Position numbers and translations under genes: made by a program
Assembly: GCA_963668315.1 (NCBI GenBank)
Contig: OY764216.1
Span: 5,088,001 to 5,152,000 of the forward strand
DNA length: 64,000 nucleotides
Reading direction: 5' to 3'
Source of the DNA: Spirochaetia bacterium
Lineage (GTDB): Bacteria > Spirochaetota > Spirochaetia > DSM-2461
Notes under the pieces: generated by a model
Database searches by the model: none
Told to the model about the DNA's origin: nothing
The model's input: the letters and a program-made list of their open reading frames with translations, nothing else
In this document: positions 1 to 8,838 of the stretch, piece after piece
Numbering within the stretch: position 1 is the stretch's first letter
Layout of the letters: every line of letters starts with the position of its first letter

Positions 1-684
1 GAGAGTCTGGAGGATATCGCGAAAAAGGGCCGTGAGACCGCCATATTCATAGATGTTTCCCGCACTTTTGGTCCGGAAAATGCCATGAATAATCTGAATC
101 TGCTCCTCGGCTACTTATCCACGGTGGAAAAAAGCCGCATCATCGGCATAGGCCTGGGCGGAGCGGAAAAATCGGGTGAGCCCAAGGAGTACGAAGAGGT
201 TTTTACGAAAGCTCGGGAAGCAGGACTCCGCTGTGTGGCCCATGGGGGGGAAGAAACTCCCTATACACAGGTTTACGATACAATCAATTACCTGAAACCC
301 GAAAGAATCGGCCACGGGATCAGTTCCTACCAGAACGAGACCCTGATGGATGAACTGGCGGAGTCACAGCTCCCCCTGGAAGTATGCCCCACAAGCAACC
401 TCCTGACGAAGACCTTCGCCACGAAGATGGAAGAGCACCCCATTACCACTCTGTTCAGGAAGGGAATCATGGTAACCCTGAATACAGACGATCCCCTTCT
501 CTTCGAAGTGGAACTGAACCGGGAGTACATCCAGGTCTACGAAAAGACAGACCTGACTTTTGCTGATATGATCACCCTTCTCCTGAACACGGTGAAGGCT
601 TCGTTCATGGATGAATCAGAGAAAAATGCACTGCTGAAAAGAATCGAAACCGATCTCGAAAAAAACTTAAGTAATCTTAAATGA
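1..684 (+). CDS. Adenosine/adenine deaminase family protein (5' truncated by window edge)
   Basis: The frame is open back to base 1 (ESLEDIAKK...). Motifs AHGGE, ERIGHG, LEVCPTSN and NTDDP match the adenosine deaminase family. Confidence 0.88.
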   Translation, partial: ESLEDIAKKGRETAIFIDVSRTFGPENAMNNLNLLLGYLSTVEKSRIIGIGLGGAEKSGEPKEYEEVFTKAREAGLRCVAHGGEETPYTQVYDTINYLKPERIGHGISSYQNETLMDELAESQLPLEVCPTSNLLTKTFATKMEEHPITTLFRKGIMVTLNTDDPLLFEVELNREYIQVYEKTDLTFADMITLLLNTVKASFMDESEKNALLKRIETDLEKNLSNLK

Positions 685-1026
685 ATCAAGCTGCTTGAGG
701 ATGTTCTTACCCGTTTCATGGGAAAAGAGCTTATCCTCGGGTGTTTCTATCGTCTCACCGTCAAAGTCGAGACCTTCCCTGATTCCCCGGGCAAAGAGAG
801 AATAGATTTCGGGAGAAAAGGCGATCTCACGTTCTTTGAGAATAATACAGTCAACCCCTTCCCTGACGGCATTCCAGCGAAGCTCTCTGGCATCGGGCAT
901 GGAGAAAAACTCATCCGCCATAATCTCAAGAAGGGCTTTCTCCTCGGGCTGCCAATAGAAAGCTTCCAGAAGGGATTTCGCTCTTGCACCGTATTTCTCA
1001 CGTTTATTATGTTCGCTTCGTCTCAT
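667..1026 (-). CDS. Hypothetical protein (119 aa)
   Basis: Start overlaps the trpS stop (TAATG coupling); composition is protein-like. Confidence 0.6.
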   Translation of the reverse strand: MRRSEHNKREKYGARAKSLLEAFYWQPEEKALLEIMADEFFSMPDARELRWNAVREGVDCIILKEREIAFSPEIYSLFARGIREGLDFDGETIETPEDKLFSHETGKNILKQLDSFKIT

Positions 1027-2027
1027 TATCTATCTACTCCCATGGCTTTTCGAAGAGTGGCAATTTTCTGTGCCGCAAGAACCCGGGCTTTTTCGGCTCC
1101 CTTTGCCAGGGCGTCGTCAATAACGGATTTATCCGCCATCAGCTCGTCGTAGCGGTCTCTCATGGGCTTAATGACCTCATTCATAACCTCAAACAGTTCG
1201 GCTTTCGCATGGCCCCATCCCATCCCGCCGGCACGGTAGCGTGCCGCCAGAGCCTCCTGCTGCTCTCCGGTGGCAAAAAGCTTGTACAATGAGAAGACAT
1301 TACAGGTCTCGGGATCCTTAGGTTCCTCAACTTCCTGAGAATTGGTCACTATCTTATTAAGAAGTTTCTTCAGCTGCTTCTCGGGAAGAAAGAGGGGGAT
1401 CGTATTGTTATAGCTCTTGCTCATCTTGCGCCCGTCCATGCCGATGACCGTTTTCGTCGATTCGGACACATAGGCTTCGGGAATGGTCAGCAGGCTGGCG
1501 TTGTAATTCCGGTTCACCGCTTCGGCGATATCGGCAGCCATCTCTATGTGCTGAACCTGATCTTTACCCACGGGCACGTAATTCGTATCAAAAAGGAGAA
1601 TATCGGCGGCCATAAGAACCGGATAGGTATAGAGTCCCATATTAATGTTATGGTCATCCGGCTTTCCCTTCTCCCTGTTGAGGTCCAGCTGAGCCTTATA
1701 GGCATGGGCCCTGTTCATCAGCCCCTTGGGGGTAAACGCCATAATCATGGTGGTTAGTTCAAATGTCTCGGGCACATCGGATTGACGGTAAAACAGAACT
1801 TTTTCAGGATCCAGACCGGCGGCAAGCCAGCATGCGGCTATTTCATAGGTATAATGCCTCAATTCCTCGGGATCTTTAATCGTATTCAGAGAATGATAAT
1901 CGGCGATGAAAAATCGTGATTCGTATTTTTCACTCAACGCAAGAGCCGGCTTGATGGCTCCCAGATAATTGCCTATGTGAGGCATTCCGGTGGGTTTGAT
2001 TCCTGTCAGTACTATCTGCTTTTCCAT
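1026..2027 (-). CDS. trpS: Tryptophan--tRNA ligase
   Basis: TGIKPTG, HIGN, VPVGKDQVQH and KMSKS motifs. Confidence 0.97.
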   Translation of the reverse strand: MEKQIVLTGIKPTGMPHIGNYLGAIKPALALSEKYESRFFIADYHSLNTIKDPEELRHYTYEIAACWLAAGLDPEKVLFYRQSDVPETFELTTMIMAFTPKGLMNRAHAYKAQLDLNREKGKPDDHNINMGLYTYPVLMAADILLFDTNYVPVGKDQVQHIEMAADIAEAVNRNYNASLLTIPEAYVSESTKTVIGMDGRKMSKSYNNTIPLFLPEKQLKKLLNKIVTNSQEVEEPKDPETCNVFSLYKLFATGEQQEALAARYRAGGMGWGHAKAELFEVMNEVIKPMRDRYDELMADKSVIDDALAKGAEKARVLAAQKIATLRKAMGVDR

Positions 2028-2048
2028 GGTGGAGCTATTTTACCACAA

Positions 2049-2558
2049 TCAATCATCTGGAGCAAGCCAGATACTGCGGAAGTACTCCTTCTCCCGGGCC
2101 AGCCTCTTCTTCAAATCGTCCGGTAGATCGTCATAGGACAGCTCCTCTCCTTCTCCATCGGGAAGTCGGCAGCCGGGACAGTCCTGATGGGGGGGAATGA
2201 AACCGTAAACTTCCGAGTCAGCCTCAAAATCAATTTCCCTGGTCAGAGGAGCCAGATGGCAGACTAAGGGTTTATAATGGGGATGAAGCCGGCACAGCCC
2301 CCTGAGGGAACCGTCATCCTCCAGCCGGTTTTCCAGAAAGGGGCAGAATTTTACTCCAGAAACACAGCGGAAAAGCAGTCGGGGCTGTCTGGTTCCGCTC
2401 TTTTCATCCCAGGTAAGAAGTTTAGCCGCGAATAGCTCATCAACCGATGACATACCGGTATACTCTTTTATCAGTTCCAGATCTTCAGGATTCAGAAATA
2501 CCTTCATCTCGCCGGAACAGCATTCGCCGCAGAGGCGGCAAGAAAACAGTTCACCCAT
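2049..2558 (-). CDS. YkgJ-family cysteine-cluster (Fe-S/Zn) protein
   Basis: CRLCGECC, CPFL, CRLH..KPLVC and CPGC motifs. Confidence 0.85.
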   Translation of the reverse strand: MGELFSCRLCGECCSGEMKVFLNPEDLELIKEYTGMSSVDELFAAKLLTWDEKSGTRQPRLLFRCVSGVKFCPFLENRLEDDGSLRGLCRLHPHYKPLVCHLAPLTREIDFEADSEVYGFIPPHQDCPGCRLPDGEGEELSYDDLPDDLKKRLAREKEYFRSIWLAPDD

Positions 2559-2679
2559 AGACCTCTAGATTATCAGATTCCCAAGCCTTTCACAATCCGT
2601 TTCCCCTGTGTATGGGCAGATGATAATTGACCGGCTTCAGAGAAACTACTATAATCTAATAAAAAGAGAGGGGTCTGCA

Positions 2680-3432
2680 GTGTACGAAGGGAAAAAAGTA
2701 TTCTTTCTTCTTCCCCATGAAATTGTGAGAGAACATATTATCAAAATTCTCTCTGAAAGCGAATACGAAGTTTATATTATCAATGATCAGAGGAAACTGG
2801 ATTCCCTTGTCAATAAATACCCCGATTCCATAATTTATGTGAATATAGACGGAACTCTTTCGGAAAATGAATGGAAAACCTACCTGAAAGACTTAATGAG
2901 CAAATACCCCGGACTCCAGATCGGAATTCTTTCCGGACGCATAACCGATAAGGACATGATCAGTTCCTATGTACTGGAAGTGGGAATTAACTGCGGAGTT
3001 ATTCAGCTGCGTCAGGGTGTCAAAGAGTGCGCCCATAATATGCTCAAAGTCCTGGAGGCTAACGAAGCCAGAGGGCGAAGAAAGTATCTGCGTTACAGCT
3101 GCGGATTCAACGAAAACATTACCTTGAATTTCGAACAGTTCAACAGTAAATACAGGGGAAATATACTGGACATCAGCTCGGTAGGCTTTTCCTGTGTTTT
3201 TGACGAGAATCCCCAATTATCAAAAAATGAAGTGGTTTCCAGCGTTCAGCTCAAATTGAGCGGAATTCTGTTAACAACAGATTGCGTTTTCGTGGGGAGC
3301 CGTGATGACCGCGGTTCTCTTATTCATGTTTTTCTTTACAGGCTTTCGCCGGAAAAACATTCCCACCGGACGAAAATCCGCAGCTTCATACACAACTCCC
3401 TGCAGAAAAAGCTGGATAAAGAGATAGCCTAG
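2680..3432 (+). CDS. PilZ-domain (c-di-GMP-binding) protein
   Basis: RRKYLR (RxxxR) and DISSVG (DxSxxG) motifs. GTG at 2680 after GAGGGG is preferred over the ORF-track start at 2608. Confidence 0.82.
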   Translation: MYEGKKVFFLLPHEIVREHIIKILSESEYEVYIINDQRKLDSLVNKYPDSIIYVNIDGTLSENEWKTYLKDLMSKYPGLQIGILSGRITDKDMISSYVLEVGINCGVIQLRQGVKECAHNMLKVLEANEARGRRKYLRYSCGFNENITLNFEQFNSKYRGNILDISSVGFSCVFDENPQLSKNEVVSSVQLKLSGILLTTDCVFVGSRDDRGSLIHVFLYRLSPEKHSHRTKIRSFIHNSLQKKLDKEIA

Positions 3433-3533
3433 TCTCGCCCGGCATTTGTATCAGGACTGGAATCCCGACTCGAATTAAGCGGTCAGCTGTCCCGGAAAAA
3501 AGGAGACAGGCTGACCGCTCACAGGAATGACTT

Positions 3534-4862
3534 TTATGCGTTCTTCATGGAAAGGGGCTGACGCGTACTCTCCTGGACATCACGCCAGAGGGAGCTCTCA
3601 GGATTGACCTTCTTGCGGCCTCCCACGACCATATGTATGGGAAGATGAACAAAGTGTGTATTCATCAAGGTGACAAGGCACTTCGTCTTTCCCGCCATCG
3701 CCGCATGGACAGCGTTGGCTCCCAGACGGACGCAATAGAGAGAATCGGAGGGTAAGGCTTCCGAAGCCCGGATAATATAGCTGGGATCGATATATTTCAA
3801 AGCAAAGTCCATTCCCTTAGCCTCGAGAGCTTTTTTTATCTCGTCTGCCAGGTATTTACCGATATCTCCATAACGCTTATTACCCGACTTGTCCTCTCCT
3901 TCGGGAATCTCAACCAGTTTCTGGCCCGCACCTTCCGCAACGATGATCACGGCGTGCTGACGGGATCTCAGCCTCTCTTCAAGGTGTTCAAGCAGTCCGT
4001 TGGGGCCGTGAAGATCAAAGTCGACTTCCGGGATCAGGACAAAGTTGGCCTCGTTTGAAGAAAGAGCCGTACTGGCGGCAATAAATCCGGAATCCCGGCC
4101 CATCAGTTTAACCAGACCGATACCGTTGTTGGCGCTCTTCGCTTCGACATGGGCGGCTTCAACCGCATCGACGGCCTTGGCTACAGCCGTTTCGAAGCCG
4201 AAGGTTTTCTCCGTGAAAAGAAGATCGTTATCAATGGTTTTGGGTATGCCCACGACAGATATTTTCAGATTCCTCTTCAGAACCTCTTCACCGATATCAT
4301 TGCTGGCCCGCTGGGTCCCGTCCCCCCCGATAATGAAAAGCATATTGATATTCATCCTCTCGAGGGCGTCTACTATCTCTTCCACTCTCTTGCCGTTGCC
4401 CCGGGATGACCCCAGCATGGTTCCTCCCATCTTGTGGATATCATCAACGATATCAGGGGTTAATTCTACGGCGGGAATATTATATTCGGGCAGAAACCCG
4501 GTAAAACCATACTTAATACCGGTAATCCTTTTCACATTGTAACGGTACCAGAGGGTTCTCACTACGGCTCGGATAACATCGTTGAGACCGGGACAAAGTC
4601 CTCCGCAGGTAACGATGGCTGCATGGCTGTGCTGGGGATTGAAATAAATCTTCTCCCGGGGTCCCGCCTTTTCCATCAGTCCGGCGCTTTCCAGATCCTT
4701 GAGGGTTTTCCCTTCTGTCAGATCAATATCGTAAAGTATCCTTTCGCTCTCCATTACATAATTGGCAATAGAGTCGCCCAAGACTTTAGAATAGGGAATG
4801 GGGGAATCTATTTTTGGTTCTCCCAACCGTTCGATAGTAAAATCATACTTAGATTTGGCCAT
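3534..4862 (-). CDS. pfkA: 6-phosphofructokinase (PPi-PFK-related clade, GGDG type, probably ATP-dependent)
   Basis: TCGGLCPG, IGGDGT, PKTIDND and MGR motifs. Confidence 0.93.
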   Translation of the reverse strand: MAKSKYDFTIERLGEPKIDSPIPYSKVLGDSIANYVMESERILYDIDLTEGKTLKDLESAGLMEKAGPREKIYFNPQHSHAAIVTCGGLCPGLNDVIRAVVRTLWYRYNVKRITGIKYGFTGFLPEYNIPAVELTPDIVDDIHKMGGTMLGSSRGNGKRVEEIVDALERMNINMLFIIGGDGTQRASNDIGEEVLKRNLKISVVGIPKTIDNDLLFTEKTFGFETAVAKAVDAVEAAHVEAKSANNGIGLVKLMGRDSGFIAASTALSSNEANFVLIPEVDFDLHGPNGLLEHLEERLRSRQHAVIIVAEGAGQKLVEIPEGEDKSGNKRYGDIGKYLADEIKKALEAKGMDFALKYIDPSYIIRASEALPSDSLYCVRLGANAVHAAMAGKTKCLVTLMNTHFVHLPIHMVVGGRKKVNPESSLWRDVQESTRQPLSMKNA

Positions 4863-4881
4863 GTATGCTCCTCATTTTATC

Positions 4882-5955
4882 CTATATTTGCCCGTAGGCT
4901 TCTTTAAATCCCGGTTTTATCACATCATAAATCAGTTTTAATCGTTCGTCATAGTGAATAAAAGCCGATTTCATCGCATTTATTGTCAGCTTCTCCAAAT
5001 CTTTCAGCTCCAGATCAAAGGCTTCTACGGCAAGCATCATTTCCTTCGCAAGGGAAGTGTTGCTCATCAGAGTATTATCGGTGCAGAGCATGACCCGGAA
5101 GCTGTTTCTGTAAAACAGACCGAAGGGATGGGTTTTTACCGATGAAGCGGCACCTGTCTGAATATTGGAAGATAGGCAGACTTCCAGAGGAATACGCCTG
5201 TCGCGGACAAATTCGGCCAGGGTCCCCATTCTTTCGATTTTCCTGCCGTGATAGGCCAAATTTTCCGTCAGCCTGGTGGCATGTCCTATCCTGTGGGCTC
5301 CGCAAATCTGTATTGCCTGCCATATGGATTCCACCCCGAAGGCTTCTCCCGCATGAACAGTTATATTAAAATTTTTGCTACGGATATACTGAAAAGCATC
5401 AATATGACGTTTGGGAGGATGGCCGAACTCATCGCCGGCAATGTCAAATCCCACGACCCCCCTATTCCTGAAGGAAACGGCCAGTTCCGCCATCTCCATG
5501 GAAAGATCACCACTCTGATGGCGCATGGCGCACAGAATGAGACCAAACTCGACACCCGTCTTTCTCCTGCCCTCTTCCAGGCCGGAAAGGACGGCGAAAA
5601 CGATCTCTTCCAGGGTCAATCCCCTCTCCTGATGGAGAATTGGAGCAAAACGTATTTCGGCATATACAACCCCGTCATCTGACAGCTGCTCTATAGCTTC
5701 CCTCGCAATCCTTGAAAGAGCGGGGGCTGTCTGCATGACACCGCAGGTCAGGGAAAATCCTTCCAGGTAGAGACTAAGGCTTTTTCTGTCAGCTCCCCGG
5801 TGAAACCATTCGGCAAGCTTTTCCGGTTCTTTCTCCGGCAGTTCCAGACCCGTCTCTCCAGCGAGTTCAATAATCGTCTCCGGGCGAACTCCTCCGTCCA
5901 GGTGATAATGAAGTTCGACTTTGGGAAGGGATTTGATTTTTTCCTGATCCAACAT
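4882..5955 (-). CDS. add: Adenosine deaminase
   Basis: PKVELHYHLDG, HAGE, RIGH, LEVCLSSN and TDN motifs. Confidence 0.92.
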   Translation of the reverse strand: MLDQEKIKSLPKVELHYHLDGGVRPETIIELAGETGLELPEKEPEKLAEWFHRGADRKSLSLYLEGFSLTCGVMQTAPALSRIAREAIEQLSDDGVVYAEIRFAPILHQERGLTLEEIVFAVLSGLEEGRRKTGVEFGLILCAMRHQSGDLSMEMAELAVSFRNRGVVGFDIAGDEFGHPPKRHIDAFQYIRSKNFNITVHAGEAFGVESIWQAIQICGAHRIGHATRLTENLAYHGRKIERMGTLAEFVRDRRIPLEVCLSSNIQTGAASSVKTHPFGLFYRNSFRVMLCTDNTLMSNTSLAKEMMLAVEAFDLELKDLEKLTINAMKSAFIHYDERLKLIYDVIKPGFKEAYGQI

Positions 5956-6097
5956 GGGATAATTCTAATCACTCTCGAGAGATTCATCAAGCCGAATGGA
6001 TAAAAATGGGTCGTTTTTTCATTTTACCCCGAAAGAATTACTCCATATTGTTTTTAGCACATTTCTGTAGTATGATAGGGGGCATCGGGGAGACCAA

Positions 6098-7270
6098 ATG
6101 ATCTTAAACGAAAATTCCGAAAAAAAAATCATTCCCATTGCCGGGGGCAAAGGGGGCGTCGGTAAAAGCGTATTGTCCACAAACCTTTCCCTCCTTCTGG
6201 CTGTAAACGGAAAGAAGACGATTGTGGTTGACCTTGACCTGGGCGGTTCCAACCTCCATACCATGCTGGGACTTAAGAATACCAATAAGGGCATCGGAAA
6301 TTTTATTTCTGACAAATCGCTTACGATGGAAGAACTGATTGTTCCCACCGAATTCGATAATCTCTATTTAATCCCCGGAGATGTTCTTGTATACAGGCTC
6401 GGTGAAATCTCCTTTGAGGAGAAAAAAAGAATAGTGAAAGGCCTGGTTGAACTTGATGCCGATTACATAATCCTTGATCTGGGGGCCGGTTCGAGCCTGA
6501 ACGTCATTGACTTTTTCCTGATTTCCAATTCGGGAATTATCGTTACGACCCCCCATATGACTTCCATAATGAACGCCTTCGGTTTTTTAAAAAACGTCGC
6601 TTTCCGCTTTCTGCAGAGAGCCTTTGCAGAAAACCAGGTGTTCACCGATTACTTTGATCGGGCGTTTCAGGAGAGGAATCCCGGAGAACAGAAGTCTCTC
6701 AAAGAGATGCTGGAAGACCTGAGAGATCAGGAACCGGAGGCCGTGAGCAAAGCGGAACTGTTCCTGGAGATACTGCAGCCGAAAATTATAATGAATATGG
6801 CCGAGGATGCCTCAGAACTTTCCATAGCTGAGAGTCTGAGAGATCTGACAGGCCGCAGCCTATCCATCCATTCAGAGTGCCTTGGCCTGCTTTTCATGGA
6901 CAAGCAGGTAAGTGATGCACTGAAAGAGAGGGTTCCCTTTATCATGCAGTACCCCGAATCGGTAACTGCCGAGGGTATGGACCGAATGGCAAAGAAGATT
7001 ATCCTCTCAAAAAGATTCCCCGAAATGCCCCTGGAACTGGATTATTATAAAGACAGCTTCGAACTGACCCAGATAGAAGCGGAAAATGATCAGGAAGCGA
7101 TAGAGCAGACAAAAAACAACGGCTATTCAGCAGAAGAGATCGATAACCTCCTCCATCTTATAGAGGAACAGCAGAAAAGGATTCATGAACTGGAAACAGC
7201 CCTGGGACGTACGGCTATGGGCGGCGGACAGGGCGGTATTCTGGAAACATTAAATAGAATGTCTCTATAA
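6098..7270 (+). CDS. MinD/FlhG-family P-loop ATPase with C-terminal coiled-coil extension
   Basis: Deviant Walker A GKGGVGKS, plus DLDLGGSNL and ILDLGAG. Confidence 0.85.
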   Translation: MILNENSEKKIIPIAGGKGGVGKSVLSTNLSLLLAVNGKKTIVVDLDLGGSNLHTMLGLKNTNKGIGNFISDKSLTMEELIVPTEFDNLYLIPGDVLVYRLGEISFEEKKRIVKGLVELDADYIILDLGAGSSLNVIDFFLISNSGIIVTTPHMTSIMNAFGFLKNVAFRFLQRAFAENQVFTDYFDRAFQERNPGEQKSLKEMLEDLRDQEPEAVSKAELFLEILQPKIIMNMAEDASELSIAESLRDLTGRSLSIHSECLGLLFMDKQVSDALKERVPFIMQYPESVTAEGMDRMAKKIILSKRFPEMPLELDYYKDSFELTQIEAENDQEAIEQTKNNGYSAEEIDNLLHLIEEQQKRIHELETALGRTAMGGGQGGILETLNRMSL

Positions 7271-7275
7271 CTTGC

Positions 7276-7300
7276 CGGGAGAAAAATCTCCCGGGGACTT
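7276..7300. terminator. Hairpin between convergent genes (possible bidirectional terminator)
   Basis: ccgggaga-aaaa-tctcccgg inverted repeat between two stop codons. Confidence 0.5.
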
Positions 7301-7312
7301 TCGAATGTTTAT

Positions 7313-7876
7313 CTATGCTTTTCCATCAAAGCCGAAAGGCTGCATCCATACGGGAATGACCTTACTGAGAATATCAACTGCGCTCTGCGCATCATTTCTC
7401 GCAATTCTCATATTTTTCCAGAGTGTCATAAGCACAAAGTTCTCCACCATTTTTCCCGCATCGTCGCTCTGGTAGACAACGTAGGATTCATTGTATCCCG
7501 TCTCATTTAAAACAGTAAAGGCTGTGAATGTTTCCACCGGTTTCTTGGCGATGTAAATACGGTCCTGCCGCTTGGTCACATAACGCTCAAGTTCTTTAAA
7601 GCGATAGGGAATTCGATGGGTATCTGCACGATAACAGGGATCAATCCCTTTCTGAATATAAGATAGCGGCTCATACAGAACATACAGTTTCCGACCGTCT
7701 GCCTGAAAAGTCATTCCCTCGTCGGTCTGATATATATCCTTCACATTCCCGTAAGAAATTGCTTCAAATCGAGTATAATTTGAAGATTTATCAAAAAAAA
7801 CAGAAACGATATATCCCCCTTCCTGGGGCAAATCGCCTTCCATATATGCTTCAAAAAGATCTTTTATCTCAGCCAT
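7313..7876 (-). CDS. Hypothetical protein (187 aa)
   Basis: Clean ORF with an AGGAG RBS; no motif recognised. Confidence 0.75.
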   Translation of the reverse strand: MAEIKDLFEAYMEGDLPQEGGYIVSVFFDKSSNYTRFEAISYGNVKDIYQTDEGMTFQADGRKLYVLYEPLSYIQKGIDPCYRADTHRIPYRFKELERYVTKRQDRIYIAKKPVETFTAFTVLNETGYNESYVVYQSDDAGKMVENFVLMTLWKNMRIARNDAQSAVDILSKVIPVWMQPFGFDGKA

Positions 7877-8031
7877 ATCTATCTCCTGTCAAGTAAAAAA
7901 TGTAAACAATCTTTCTTCTAAAGTAACTACTTAAAAGTCTAATTCAGGGTCCATTTATTGTCAATGACTAAAAATAATTTCATCACTCTTCTCTTGGTAT
8001 GAACGAAGGCTTAAATCTGGTATAATCAATT

Positions 8032-8838
8032 ATGGATTTATCTTCAGCTTTCTCTATCTACAATCTTCCCGATTCAAAGCTTTCACGCGAGGACATAGAT
8101 AGAAGCTTCAAAAAACTCGTAAAAAAATATCATCCCGACCGCAACCAAAAGTATGCGGACTGGTGTCATGAGCGAATGACAGAAATCAATGAAGCCTATG
8201 AAATTCTCATGGGGTATGTGGAAGCTGACCTGGGATCGGACCACAGAGGCAGTAATAGCAGCGGGGGTAACAGAAAAAATGAGTCCTCCCGCGAATCAGA
8301 TTATGGGAGCACGAACTTTTTCAGAAAAGCGGCGAAGCTGTTTTTCGAAGGTGTTCACACTTATTACGATTACGAACTGACAAAAAGATCCCTCCGGCAG
8401 GAAGGGGTCTGGAAATATCACTACCGCAGAGCGGTAAAGATGATGAATAAAGCTCTGGATGAATGGGAAAAAAGAATTACCGCCCATCCTGAGGACAGGG
8501 AAGAAGAAAAATTCCTCTATTTCGGCCGCCTTTTTCTCGCAGATATAGAGGCACAAGAACCTCAGATTCCCCGCTTGATGGGAGATGAAAAGACCCATAT
8601 CGCCTACAGGGAAGCTGTAAACAGCATAGATAAAGCATTTTCAGGTTTTTTCAGCGCCGAAAGGGGTGCAAGAGAAAAACATCTTGCCCCCCTGTATAGA
8701 GCTTCGCACCTGTTGATACTTCTCGTAGAAAATTATCCTCAGACCGAATGGTATAACCTGGCCCTGCAGAAACTGAACTTACTTGATTCATTTCTGGATC
8801 TGCAGGACCTTTTCAGGACGGGAAAAATTACTTTTTAA
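8032..8838 (+). CDS. J-domain (DnaJ-like) protein
   Basis: KYHPDRN ... INEAYEIL J-domain at the N-terminus; helical C-terminal part. Confidence 0.85.
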   Translation: MDLSSAFSIYNLPDSKLSREDIDRSFKKLVKKYHPDRNQKYADWCHERMTEINEAYEILMGYVEADLGSDHRGSNSSGGNRKNESSRESDYGSTNFFRKAAKLFFEGVHTYYDYELTKRSLRQEGVWKYHYRRAVKMMNKALDEWEKRITAHPEDREEEKFLYFGRLFLADIEAQEPQIPRLMGDEKTHIAYREAVNSIDKAFSGFFSAERGAREKHLAPLYRASHLLILLVENYPQTEWYNLALQKLNLLDSFLDLQDLFRTGKITF

